From Alphaproteobacteria bacterium (GTDB lineage: Bacteria; Pseudomonadota; Alphaproteobacteria; GCA-2731375), in contig CBDDBZ010000003.1 in assembly GCA_965225945.1 (NCBI GenBank), positions 1-32,580 on the forward strand: a stretch of DNA of 32,580 nucleotides. The letters run 5' to 3'. Below are positions 7,785-16,564 of the stretch, one piece after another. Position 1 is the first letter of the stretch. Each line of letters starts with the position of its first letter. The translations under genes and the position numbers were made by a program. Below the pieces are notes generated by a model. The model was not told the origin of the DNA, searched no databases, and saw only the letters and a program-made list of their open reading frames with translations.

Positions 7785-8011
7785 CTCCTGCCCCCCGTCG
7801 CTAACAACAGGGGACGATCACTGGCGCATCTTCGCGCCGCCGCAACCGGACTACCCGGCCGCCTCGCGTGGAGCATTTTTGCAGCGCCGCCTACAGACGA
7901 CCCTAAACGATTTGCGCCGACGTGACGAATTGGCCCGCGCCGGACGGCCTTGCCGGGCCGCCGCCGGCTGAAATGCCGGCCGTCTCCGCGGGCGGCGAAG
8001 CGCTGGAATCA

Positions 8012-8350
8012 ATGGCGGACGACATCGAGCTTTCGATCCTTTCGATGGAGGATATCGACGCCCTGGAACACTCGATAACCGGGATGACGGACGCAATCAA
8101 GGACGAATTGCCCGCCCGTGGAGAGGCGTGGGCAAGCGGGATCGGCGCCACGGTGCCCTTCCACGGCCACCCCGCCGATTATGTGAGTCGTTGGTCCGCG
8201 GCGGACGTCGGGGCGCTGGACCGGGCGGCGCGGGAAACCCTCTGGAGGACCGGCGGGCCAGCTCCCATCTCCGGGACGCCAGCATTGGAATCGAGCATCG
8301 CCTCCCGGCCGAATTTTCCGTATCGAATAATCGCAAACTCGGATCCATAA
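8012..8350 (+). pseudogene. Hypothetical/degenerate ORF; N-terminus weakly resembles the ornithine cyclodeaminase/mu-crystallin family
   Basis: MADDIELSILSMEDIDALEHSITGMTDAIKDELPARGEAW; the resemblance is by eye only and fades quickly. Confidence 0.25.
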
Positions 8351-8536
8351 ACTTTAACAGTCCCATCCATAAAAAATTTTCCAGCGAATAAATTCGCGGA
8401 ATGTTCATTCCCAAATTTAACCCGATTGACACATAAGAAATAAAACTGAAACGAAAAACGGATCGACGGAAGGATTTACCAACCCCATGTCTTCACTGGG
8501 CGGCCTTCATTGCCCTCAACCGATAGGAGACGAAAC

Positions 8537-8836
8537 ATGCTTGGCGGGGAAAAACCACGGGCCCGTACCGCGTTGATCGCGTTGGCGGCGACGGCTCTCT
8601 TCGCATCGGCATCATTCGCCAACCCGGCGGTCACGACCGTAACGGTCGAATGCAACTGGGGGAAGCTCACCATGGAGCAGACCCTGGATGGCTTCTCGAC
8701 GGGCGAGCATTCATCCGATCCCTCGGGCGATGGCCGTGGCGCCGGGTCGGTCGACGAGCCCCGCGCGGGCCTGGCCAACGTCGTCGAACGGGGCAACCTG
8801 CAAGGGATGTGCGAATTGATCGAGAGCCTCCTCTAA
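8537..8836 (+). CDS. Small secreted hypothetical protein (99 aa)
   Basis: RBS AGGAGA before ATG 8537; Sec-type signal peptide (KPRARTALIALAATALFASASFA); two Cys; AT-rich upstream region; downstream hairpin. Confidence 0.8.
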   Translation: MLGGEKPRARTALIALAATALFASASFANPAVTTVTVECNWGKLTMEQTLDGFSTGEHSSDPSGDGRGAGSVDEPRAGLANVVERGNLQGMCELIESLL

Positions 8837-8864
8837 TCCCCCGGCCGAGCCGGACATCCGGGGC

Positions 8865-8892
8865 GCGGGCGAGTCGTCGGCTCGCCCGCTTT
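8865..8892 (+). terminator. Probable intrinsic terminator
   Basis: GCGGGCGAG-TCGTCGG-CTCGCCCGC stem-loop followed by TTT. Confidence 0.55.
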
Positions 8893-9157
8893 CCCGCCGA
8901 GCGCCCGTCGAGAGGTGGCTCGACCGGAATCGCCCTTGTCGCGGGTGACGCATCGTTCGGGCATGGCCAGGACCTCGCCGTCACCGGCGAATTTCGCCGA
9001 TCTCGCCCGCCGGTCCAATCGGATTTTCCCTTCGAGCCAGCAACGGAACAGGAACCGGCGACATATCTGGCGACGACTCGGGAGCGGCGCGACGACCACG
9101 TCGCCGGATCGACGCCGGCCGAGGGGACGATGGTCATGCAACGAGGGAACCGCTTCC

Positions 9158-9735
9158 GTGCCCTACCCGCTTCCCGATAACGAAGACGGCCGCCAGGTGG
9201 CACTCGACGCCTACGGTGTCGTCGGCACGCCGCCCGAGATGGACTTCGACGAGATCGCGGAAATCGCGGCGCGGATCCGCGACCGTCCCGTCGCGGTCAT
9301 CAACGTCGTGGCCGACAGATGGCGGCGCTGCGTTTCCTATCGCATCAGGCGGTCACGCAATTGGAGCTCCGCCGGAACGTCGCCGAACTGGACGAGACGC
9401 GAAAGGAACTCGCCGGGGAAAAGCGCCAGGCCGACCAGCTGTTACGCGGCATTTTGCCGCGAGACATCGCGGACGAATTGACGGCGCGCGGGCGGGTTCG
9501 GCCCAGGTTCCACGAGTCGGTCACCATTCCTCTTCACCGACTTCAAGGATTTCACGCAATTGGCCGGGCGGATGGAACCGCGTGACCTGATCGACCAGCT
9601 GAACGAACATTTCTCCGCCTTCGACGATATCGTCTCGTCGCACGGGGCGGAAAAACCGAAGACGATCGGCGACGCGTACATGTGCGCCGCCGGCTTGAGC
9701 GAGCGGCGGCGGGGCCACGCGGACGCCACCTGCGC
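9158..9735 (+). pseudogene. GAF + class III adenylate/guanylate cyclase pseudogene
   Basis: PLPDNEDGRQVALDAYGVVGTPPEMDFDEIAEIAA (GAF start), deletion ~9320, QADQLLRGILPRDIADEL, frameshift ~9528, LFTDFKDFT...KTIGDAYM; truncated after HADATC. Confidence 0.85.
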
Positions 9736-9861
9736 CGCCGGGACCCCCGCCGCGTTCAGCCGCCCGCCGATCTCCGCGACCACCTGCAGGAAGCTGTCCG
9801 GCCCCGGCGCGCCGGCCTGTAGCCAGTGCATGAGGGCGGTTATTCGACTGGTATTCGCCAT
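9736..9861 (-). pseudogene. N-terminal stub of a second, alphaproteobacterial-type adenylate/guanylate cyclase
   Basis: MANTSRITALMHWLQAGAPGPDSFLQVVAEIGGRLNAAGVP resembles the WL..GA...L..RL.AAG.P N-terminus of that family; starts 26 bp after the amidohydrolase stop. Confidence 0.6.
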
Positions 9862-9886
9862 GAGAGATCTCCGTCGACGGGAACCT

Positions 9887-11242
9887 TCAACGCGCGATCA
9901 CGTCTCCATACCGCGCAACGAACCGGCCCCAGGCCTCTTGCGCGGCGCTTTCGGCCTCGTCCAGCAGCCGGCCCGCGTCGGCGTTCACCAGCGCGCCCTC
10001 GTCGACCACGATTTCGCCGTCGACCAGGACCGTCTCCACGTCGTGGCCATGGGCGTGGTAGACGAGGTTGGCGACGGGGTCGAGGGTCGGGCGGAGACCG
10101 AAGCGCCGGAAATCGATCACCTGCAGATCGGCGCGCTTGCCGACCTCGATGGATCCGATCTCGCCTTCGAGGCCAAGGGACCGGGCGCCCTCCATCGTCG
10201 CAAGGCGGAGCGCGTCGGGGGCCGGGATGGCGAGCGGATCGCCGGTCTGCACGCGGGCCATCAGGATCGCCGAGCGCAACACCTCGAAATGGTCGGCGAA
10301 CATGCCGTCGATGCCGAGGCCGACGGTGATGCCGCGCCGGCGAAAATCCTGGATGGGGGCGATTCTGCCGCGCGCGGCATTGATCATCGGGCAATGGGTG
10401 ACGCAGGCGCCGGAGTGCGCCAGTGTGCCTATCGACGCCTCGTCCATCACATAGCAGTGGGCGAGGATGGTATCGGCCGCCATCAGGCCGTTTTGGTGGA
10501 GGTACTCGGTCGGGCTCATGCCGTGCAGGCGCTGGACGATCTCGACCTCCGCTTCGCCCCAGCCGAGGTGGGTCGATAGGCGCAGGCCTAGCCTGTCGGC
10601 CTCGCGCCGGCAGGCTTGCAGCATCTCGGGCGAGGTGAAGATGGACATGTTGGGCGCCATCATGACGCTGATCCGGCCGTCCGCCTTGCCGTGCCAATCC
10701 TCGGCGAACGCGACCGCCTGGGCCAGCCGTGCCTCGCGGAGGCCCGCGTCGTAGCGGAATTCGCCCGCCCGCGCGCCTTCCGGTTCCACGTCCTGGACCT
10801 GCACGCCGATGGTGCTCCTGGCGCCCAGGTGTTCGACGAAGGGGGCAAAGACGTCGGCGTCCTCCTCCATCTCCACCGTGGTGGTGACGCCGCCGCGCAA
10901 GGTCTCGCCGTAGCTGAGCGAGCCGATCGCCAGCCGCTCGGCCCGGGTCGCGATTCCGCCCATCGGCAGGTACATGCCGAGGACGCAGTCGAGGCTCGCG
11001 TCCTCCGCCCGGCCCCGGAACATGGTGTAGCCGAGGTGGTTGTGGGTGCTGACGAAGCCGGGCGCGACGACCTTGCCGCGGCCCTCGATCACGCGCGCCG
11101 GCGCCGGCCGCCGCGCGGCGACCTCCTCGCCGCCGCCGATGTCGACGATCCGTCCGTCCTCGATATAGAGGGCCGCATCCTCCAGCACGGTGTCGTCGGC
11201 ATCGACGGTCAGCACCGTCGCGTCGCGGATCATGATTCCCAT
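9887..11242 (-). CDS. Amidohydrolase family protein (MTA/SAH deaminase / chlorohydrolase-like), 451 aa
   Basis: PGFVSTHNH, STHLGW, LAHCY, HCPMIN, GLGID, GSIEVGKRADL. Start taken at MGIMIRDA; the longer ORF runs into the IS. Confidence 0.92.
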   Translation of the reverse strand: MGIMIRDATVLTVDADDTVLEDAALYIEDGRIVDIGGGEEVAARRPAPARVIEGRGKVVAPGFVSTHNHLGYTMFRGRAEDASLDCVLGMYLPMGGIATRAERLAIGSLSYGETLRGGVTTTVEMEEDADVFAPFVEHLGARSTIGVQVQDVEPEGARAGEFRYDAGLREARLAQAVAFAEDWHGKADGRISVMMAPNMSIFTSPEMLQACRREADRLGLRLSTHLGWGEAEVEIVQRLHGMSPTEYLHQNGLMAADTILAHCYVMDEASIGTLAHSGACVTHCPMINAARGRIAPIQDFRRRGITVGLGIDGMFADHFEVLRSAILMARVQTGDPLAIPAPDALRLATMEGARSLGLEGEIGSIEVGKRADLQVIDFRRFGLRPTLDPVANLVYHAHGHDVETVLVDGEIVVDEGALVNADAGRLLDEAESAAQEAWGRFVARYGDVIAR

Positions 11243-11262
11243 CGCGCGCTCCCCGCCTCTAA

Positions 11263-12192
11263 GTGTCTGGCCCGAAAAGAGTTGAGTGATTTCAGTCAGT
11301 TGTGATTCACTGTTTGTATTTAGCAACCAGGGAGACACAACATGTGGACCAAAATCACTCGCCCGAAGTATGAACGCGACCTGCTGCGCTACGCAAGCGA
11401 CCTGACGGATGGAGAATGGAAGGTGCTGGAGCCGTTGCTGCCTCGCGCCAAAGCGCTGGGACGGCCTCGGACGACGGCATTGCGCGAGGTGGTGAACGCG
11501 ATCCTCTACCTACTGCGTAGCGGCTGTCCATGGCGCATGCTGCCCCGGGACTTCCCGCCACGCTCGACGGTGCAGCGCTACTTTTATCTCTGGCGGGACG
11601 ACGGCACCTGGTCCGAGGTCAACCGGCAACTGCTGGTCGCGGCGCGCGAGGCCGAGGGCCGCGCGGCCGGCCCGTCGGCCGGTATCATCGACAGTCAGAG
11701 CGTAAAAACCACGGAAAGCGGCGGTATCCGGGGCTTCGACGCCGGAAAGAAAGTCAAGGGCCGCAAGCGTCACATCCTCACCGACACCGGCGGCCTGCTG
11801 GTCGCGGTCGTGGTCCACGGCGCCGAGATCCAGGACCGCGACGGCGCGCCGGCGGTGTTCGCCGCCATCCCCCGCCACTTTCCCCGCCTGCGCCACGTCT
11901 TCGCCGACGGCGCCTATGCCGGGCCCAAGCTCGAGGGCGCACTGAAGCGGATCGGCCGCTGGTCGCTGGAGATCGTCAACCGTCCCGCGGGCGTGAAGGG
12001 CTTCCAACTCCTGCCCCGCCGATGGGTCGTCGAGCGCACGCTCGCCTGGCTCAATCGAAACCGGCGGCTGGCCAAGGACTTCGAGACGGCCATCGAGACC
12101 GCCGAGGCCTGGATCTTCCTCGCCAGCATCCAACTCCTCACGCGCCGTCTCGCAAGAGCCTGAAAACACTCGATTCATTTCGAGTCGGACTC
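11263..12192 (+). mobile_element. IS5-family (IS1031-like) element, 930 bp
   Basis: IRs GTGTCTGGCCCGAAA and reverse complement GAGTCCGACTCGAAA; 3-bp TSD TAA at 11260-11262 and 12193-12195. Confidence 0.92.
11342..12163 (+). CDS. IS5-family transposase (273 aa, single ORF)
   Basis: YASDLTDGEW, IIDSQSVK, GKKVKGRKRH, FADGAY, RWVVERT. Confidence 0.95.
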   Translation: MWTKITRPKYERDLLRYASDLTDGEWKVLEPLLPRAKALGRPRTTALREVVNAILYLLRSGCPWRMLPRDFPPRSTVQRYFYLWRDDGTWSEVNRQLLVAAREAEGRAAGPSAGIIDSQSVKTTESGGIRGFDAGKKVKGRKRHILTDTGGLLVAVVVHGAEIQDRDGAPAVFAAIPRHFPRLRHVFADGAYAGPKLEGALKRIGRWSLEIVNRPAGVKGFQLLPRRWVVERTLAWLNRNRRLAKDFETAIETAEAWIFLASIQLLTRRLARA

Positions 12193-12247
12193 TAAGATCA
12201 CAAGCCTAGGCGCCCGAGTACGCCCGGGTCCAGCGAGGAGACATCCG

Positions 12248-14218
12248 ATGTCCGAGGCCTTTCCCCATCTCTTCAGCCCGCTGAAGGTCGGGTCCTACAC
12301 CTTGAAGAACCGGGTGATGAACACCGGCCACGCGGCCCATTTCCAGACCGGCGACGGCCTGCCGACGGAACGCTATGTCGACTATGTGCGGGAGAGGGCG
12401 CGGGGCGGCGCCGGCATCATCGTCACCGGCCACACGGTACCGCACTACGACGGCGACGCCTCGCTCAGCCTGGCCAATTACGACGAGCGGATCACCGAGG
12501 TCTACAAGCGCTTCGCCGAGGCGACGCATGCACACGATGTGCCGATCCTGGCGCAGATGGGGCACCGTGGCCGCCGCGTCTCCGATACCACGGCCTGGCT
12601 GCAGCGCCCGAGCCTGGCGCCCTCGGCCGTGCCCTCGCCCGACTTCTCGACCCCGATGCTGATGCCGCACGAGATGAGCACGGGCGAGGTGGAGGCCATC
12701 GTCGAGAGTTTCGCCCAGGCCGCCGATCGCGCCGTCAGGGGCGAGATGGACGGGATCGAACTCTCGGTCGGCATGGACTATCTCTTCACCAACTTCCTCA
12801 ATCCCCAGGCCAACCTGCGCGACGACAAATATGGCGGCGGCACGCTCGAAGAGCGGATGACGTTCCTGAACGAGGTGATCGACGTGGTCCGCGCGGCCCT
12901 AGGCCCCAACCGCCTGCTGGGCATCCGCTTCTATGACGACCTCGAGGACTTCTCCCTGGGACTGGGGGACTACAAACAGGTCGCCCAACGGGTCGAGGCC
13001 GGCGGCAAGATCGACTACTTCAACATGTGGCAGGGCCTGGTGCCGAGCCCGAGGAGCGGGCGCGATCATTGGCCGGCGCACTATCGCGCCCCCGGCGCCT
13101 TTCGCCATCTGCCGGCGGGCCTGAAGGAGGTCGTCTCGCTTCCCGTGGTCGGCACCGGACGGATCGACTCGCCCGGCCTCGCCGAGGACTTCGTCGCCTC
13201 GGGCTCCGCCGACATCATCGGTCTCGCCCGCGCCCTCATCGCCGACCCGCACTGGCCCAACAAGGCCCGCGACGGCCGGGCCGAGGACATCCGTACCTGC
13301 ATCGCCTGTACCCAGAGCTGCGTCGGCCACATTTATGTCGGCATGGGGGTGGGCTGCATCTACAACCCCGTCACCGGCCGCGAGCGGGAGTGGGCGGAGC
13401 TGCCGGCGGCCGAGACGGCCAGGAAGGTCGTCGTCGTCGGTGGCGGACCGGCGGGGATGGAGGCGGCCAGGATCGCGGCGGAACGCGGCCACGAGGTGGT
13501 GCTGTTCGAGGCCGCGCGACGCCTGGGCGGTCAGATCAACCTCATCACCAGGACGCCCGAGCGGCAGAACTTCGAGGAAATCATCCTTTTTTACGAACGC
13601 CAGCTGGCAAAGCTTGGCGTCGATCTCCGCCTGGGACAAGCGGCCGAGGCTGAGACGGTTCTGGCCGAAGCGCCCGACGCGGTCGTCGTCGCCACCGGCA
13701 GCCATGCCTTCAGGCCGCCGATCCTGGGCGTCGAGCAACGCCATGTCCTGACCGCGCGCGAGGTCTTGCGAGGAAACGCCGAGGTTGGCACCCGGGTCGT
13801 CGTCGTCGACACCCTCGGCCGGGCCGAAGGGCCATCGATCGCCGAATACCTCGCCGACGAGGGCAAGCAGGTCGAGATCGTCACCGGCCTCGAATATGTC
13901 GGCCGTGACATGCCGGCGCCGGCCTGGCACTACCAGTTCGAACGCCTGCTGGAGAAGGGCGTCAAGATGACCCCCTTCACCGGCGTCTGGGAGGTGAACG
14001 AGCGCTCGGTCGACATCTACAACGTGGTGAGCCAACGGCCCTCCGAGATCGAGGACGTCGACACGGTGGTGCTGGCGGCCGGCGGCGAGGTGGAAGACGG
14101 GCTCTATCACGCGCTAGAAGGCCGGGTCGCGTCGCTGCATCTCATCGGCGACGGCTTCCAGCCGCGCGATATCGAGATGGCGGTGGTCGACGGCCACCGC
14201 GTCGCGCGGGCGATCTGA
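12248..14218 (+). CDS. NADH:flavin oxidoreductase (OYE barrel + 4Fe-4S + FAD/NAD domains; FadH/TMADH-like), 656 aa
   Basis: HLFSPLKVG..LKNR, N.RDDKYGG, CIACTQSC...CIYNP, VVGGGPAGMEAA; RBS GAGGAG. Confidence 0.93.
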   Translation: MSEAFPHLFSPLKVGSYTLKNRVMNTGHAAHFQTGDGLPTERYVDYVRERARGGAGIIVTGHTVPHYDGDASLSLANYDERITEVYKRFAEATHAHDVPILAQMGHRGRRVSDTTAWLQRPSLAPSAVPSPDFSTPMLMPHEMSTGEVEAIVESFAQAADRAVRGEMDGIELSVGMDYLFTNFLNPQANLRDDKYGGGTLEERMTFLNEVIDVVRAALGPNRLLGIRFYDDLEDFSLGLGDYKQVAQRVEAGGKIDYFNMWQGLVPSPRSGRDHWPAHYRAPGAFRHLPAGLKEVVSLPVVGTGRIDSPGLAEDFVASGSADIIGLARALIADPHWPNKARDGRAEDIRTCIACTQSCVGHIYVGMGVGCIYNPVTGREREWAELPAAETARKVVVVGGGPAGMEAARIAAERGHEVVLFEAARRLGGQINLITRTPERQNFEEIILFYERQLAKLGVDLRLGQAAEAETVLAEAPDAVVVATGSHAFRPPILGVEQRHVLTAREVLRGNAEVGTRVVVVDTLGRAEGPSIAEYLADEGKQVEIVTGLEYVGRDMPAPAWHYQFERLLEKGVKMTPFTGVWEVNERSVDIYNVVSQRPSEIEDVDTVVLAAGGEVEDGLYHALEGRVASLHLIGDGFQPRDIEMAVVDGHRVARAI

Positions 14219-14258
14219 ATCCGACCGGCGCGGCGGTCCAAAACGAGGAGATGAACGC

Positions 14259-15155
14259 ATGATTTCCATGGCGGTTCTGGGCGTCGGCCGCATGGGCGCG
14301 GTGCATGCCCGCAACGTCGCCGCGAACGGCGAGGCCGAACTCCGCGTGGTCGCCGATCCCGATACGGCGACGGCCCGGGCGGTGATCGTCGCCACGCCCA
14401 CCGACACCCACGCGGACCTGGTGGAACGGCTCGCCGCCGCCGGCAAGGCGGTCTTCTGCGAGAAGCCGATCGACCTCGACGTCGCCCGCGTGCGCGCCTG
14501 CCTCGGCGCGGTCGAGCGGGCCGGCACCGCCCTTTTCGTCGGCTTCAACCGCCGCTTTCACGCCAGCTTCGCCGTGATGCGCGCGCGGCTTCGGGCGGGC
14601 GAGATCGGCCGGCTCGAGGTGCTGTCCATCGCCAGCCTCGATCCGGTGCCGCCGCCGCTCGACTATGTGCGGCGTTCGGGCGGCCTGTTCCGGGACATGA
14701 TGATCCATGACCTCGACCTCGCCCGCTGGCTGATTGACGAGCCCATCGTCGAGGTCCGCGCCGTGGGCTCGTCGCTGGTGGATCCGGCGATCGGCGCGGC
14801 GGGCGACTGGGACACCGCGATCGCGACGCTCAAATCCGAGCGCGGCACGCTCTGCCACATCACCAACTCGCGCCGCGCGGTCCATGGCCATGGCCCCCGC
14901 CTGGAGGCGCTCGGCGCCGAGGGCGTGCTCAGGGCGGACAACTGGACCCCGACGCCGGAACGCGTGCTCGACCCCCGCTTTCAGGCCCGTTTCGCCGAGG
15001 CCTACCGGGCCGAGTTGGCGGCCTTCATCGCCAGCCTGCGCGACGGCGCCACGCTGGAGCCGACGGGGCGCGACGGACTTGCGGCCCTGCTCCTCGCCGA
15101 GGCGGCCACCCTCTCCGCCCGAACGGGCGACGCGGTGACGCCGGAGAAGGTCTGA
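14259..15155 (+). CDS. Gfo/Idh/MocA oxidoreductase, inositol 2-dehydrogenase-like (apparent internal deletion)
   Basis: LGVGRMG, ATPTDTH, FCEKPID, GFNRRF, SGGLFRDMMIHDLD. Confidence 0.85.
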   Translation: MISMAVLGVGRMGAVHARNVAANGEAELRVVADPDTATARAVIVATPTDTHADLVERLAAAGKAVFCEKPIDLDVARVRACLGAVERAGTALFVGFNRRFHASFAVMRARLRAGEIGRLEVLSIASLDPVPPPLDYVRRSGGLFRDMMIHDLDLARWLIDEPIVEVRAVGSSLVDPAIGAAGDWDTAIATLKSERGTLCHITNSRRAVHGHGPRLEALGAEGVLRADNWTPTPERVLDPRFQARFAEAYRAELAAFIASLRDGATLEPTGRDGLAALLLAEAATLSARTGDAVTPEKV

Positions 15156-15270
15156 ACAAATGCCGGCGACGTCGAATTCGAGGTATCCCCGACCGAAAGG
15201 ATCGATTTTTCGATTGAGTCGGCGCCGATTGTCGGCAATCTAGGACCTACACCCGAGGGAGGGACGCGAT

Positions 15271-16562
15271 ATGGCCATGGCCCAAGGCACCGCCGAACAG
15301 GAACTGATGGCCCGCGCGCGCGAGGTGCTGCCCGCCGGTGGCTTCGGCAATTTCCCGAACGACGTGGTGATCGCCGAGGGCAAGGCCGGACGCGTCAAGG
15401 ACGTCAGCGGCAACGAATACATAGATTTCCTGCTGGGCTCCGGCCCGATGTTCGTCGGCCATGGTCACCCGAAGGTCCAGGCGGCGATCCAGGAGCAACT
15501 GCGGCGCGGCACCACCTTCTTCGCCAACAATCCGGCCGGAATCGAGCTGGCGGAAGCGATCTGCGAGGCCGTCCCTTGCGCCGAACAGGTCCGCTTCGTC
15601 AGCTCCGGTTCGGAGGCCGACATGTACGTCATGCGGCTCGCCCGCGCGCACCGGGGCCGGGAGAAGATCTTGAAGTTCGAGGGCGCCTTTCACGGCATGA
15701 GCGACCATGCGCTGATGAGCACCTTCCCCAAGCTCTCCGGCAACTCGACCGAGGCGCAGCCCGATTCCGCCGGCCTGCCGAGCCGGGTCCAGGACGAGGT
15801 GCTGGTCGCCCCCTACAACGATATCGCAACGGCGAAGCGGATGATCGCCGAACACGCCGACGAGTTGGGCGGCGTCATCGCCGAGCCGTTCCAGCGCCTG
15901 CTGCCGCCGGTCCCCGGCTTCCTGGAGATGCTGCGCGAGGAGTGCACCCGCCACGCCATCCCGCTGATCTTCGACGAGGTCGTGACCGGCTTCCGCTTCG
16001 CCTATGGCGGCGCCCAGGAGCTTTACGGCGTGACGCCGGACCTCTGCAGCCTAGGCAAGATCATCGGCGGCGGCTTCCCGCTGCGGCGATCGCCGGCAAC
16101 GCGGAATTCATGGCCCACTTCAACCTCGACGCCGTGGGCGAGGAAGGCTTCACCCGCCTGATCGGCACCTTGAACGGTAATCCCGTGGCTTCGGCCGCCG
16201 GCCTCGCGACGCTCGAGGTGCTGCGCGAGCCGGGCGCCTACGAGGGCGCCTACGCGACCGGGCGGGCGATCATGGCGGCATTGGAAGAGAACTTCGCCCG
16301 GGTCGCAATTCCAGCCGTCGTCGTCGGCAACCCCACCCTCTTCGACGTGGTGATCACCGAGGAGAGGGAACTCAACGATTACCGCGCCCTCGCCCGGGGC
16401 AACGCGGAAATGCATAAGCGCTTCAACCAGCTGCTGCGGATGCGCGGCATCCTGAAAATAGAGAACAAGTTCTACGTCTCTCTCGCCCACGACGCGGACG
16501 ACATCGCCCATACGATTGGTGCAATCGCCGAGTCGGTCGACATCCTGAAGGCCGAGAGCTGA
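15271..16562 (+). CDS. Class III PLP aminotransferase, glutamate-1-semialdehyde aminomutase-like; frameshift ~16083
   Basis: DVSGNEYID, FVSSGSEA, KFEGAFHG, LIFDEVVTGFR, LGKIIGGGFP / AAIAG, GTLNGNP. Confidence 0.9.
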
Positions 16563-16564
16563 GC

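Larger units (their letters stand above)
6246..7895 (-). mobile_element. Truncated IS21-family element (left end, istA and first 17 codons of istB)
   Basis: End TGTAGGCGGCGCTGCAAAAATGCTCCAC starts at 7895 (minus strand) with an internal repeat GCGGCGGCGCGAAGATGCGCCAG. No right end is present. Confidence 0.9.

Noticed and set aside
11243-11338. N-terminal extension of the amidohydrolase
   Set aside because: Lies mostly inside the IS5 end; the true start is at 11242 with a GGGGAG RBS.
15271-16562. Calling the aminotransferase hemL
   Set aside because: Context is catabolic and Alphaproteobacteria usually use the ALA synthase route; more likely a paralogue of unknown substrate.
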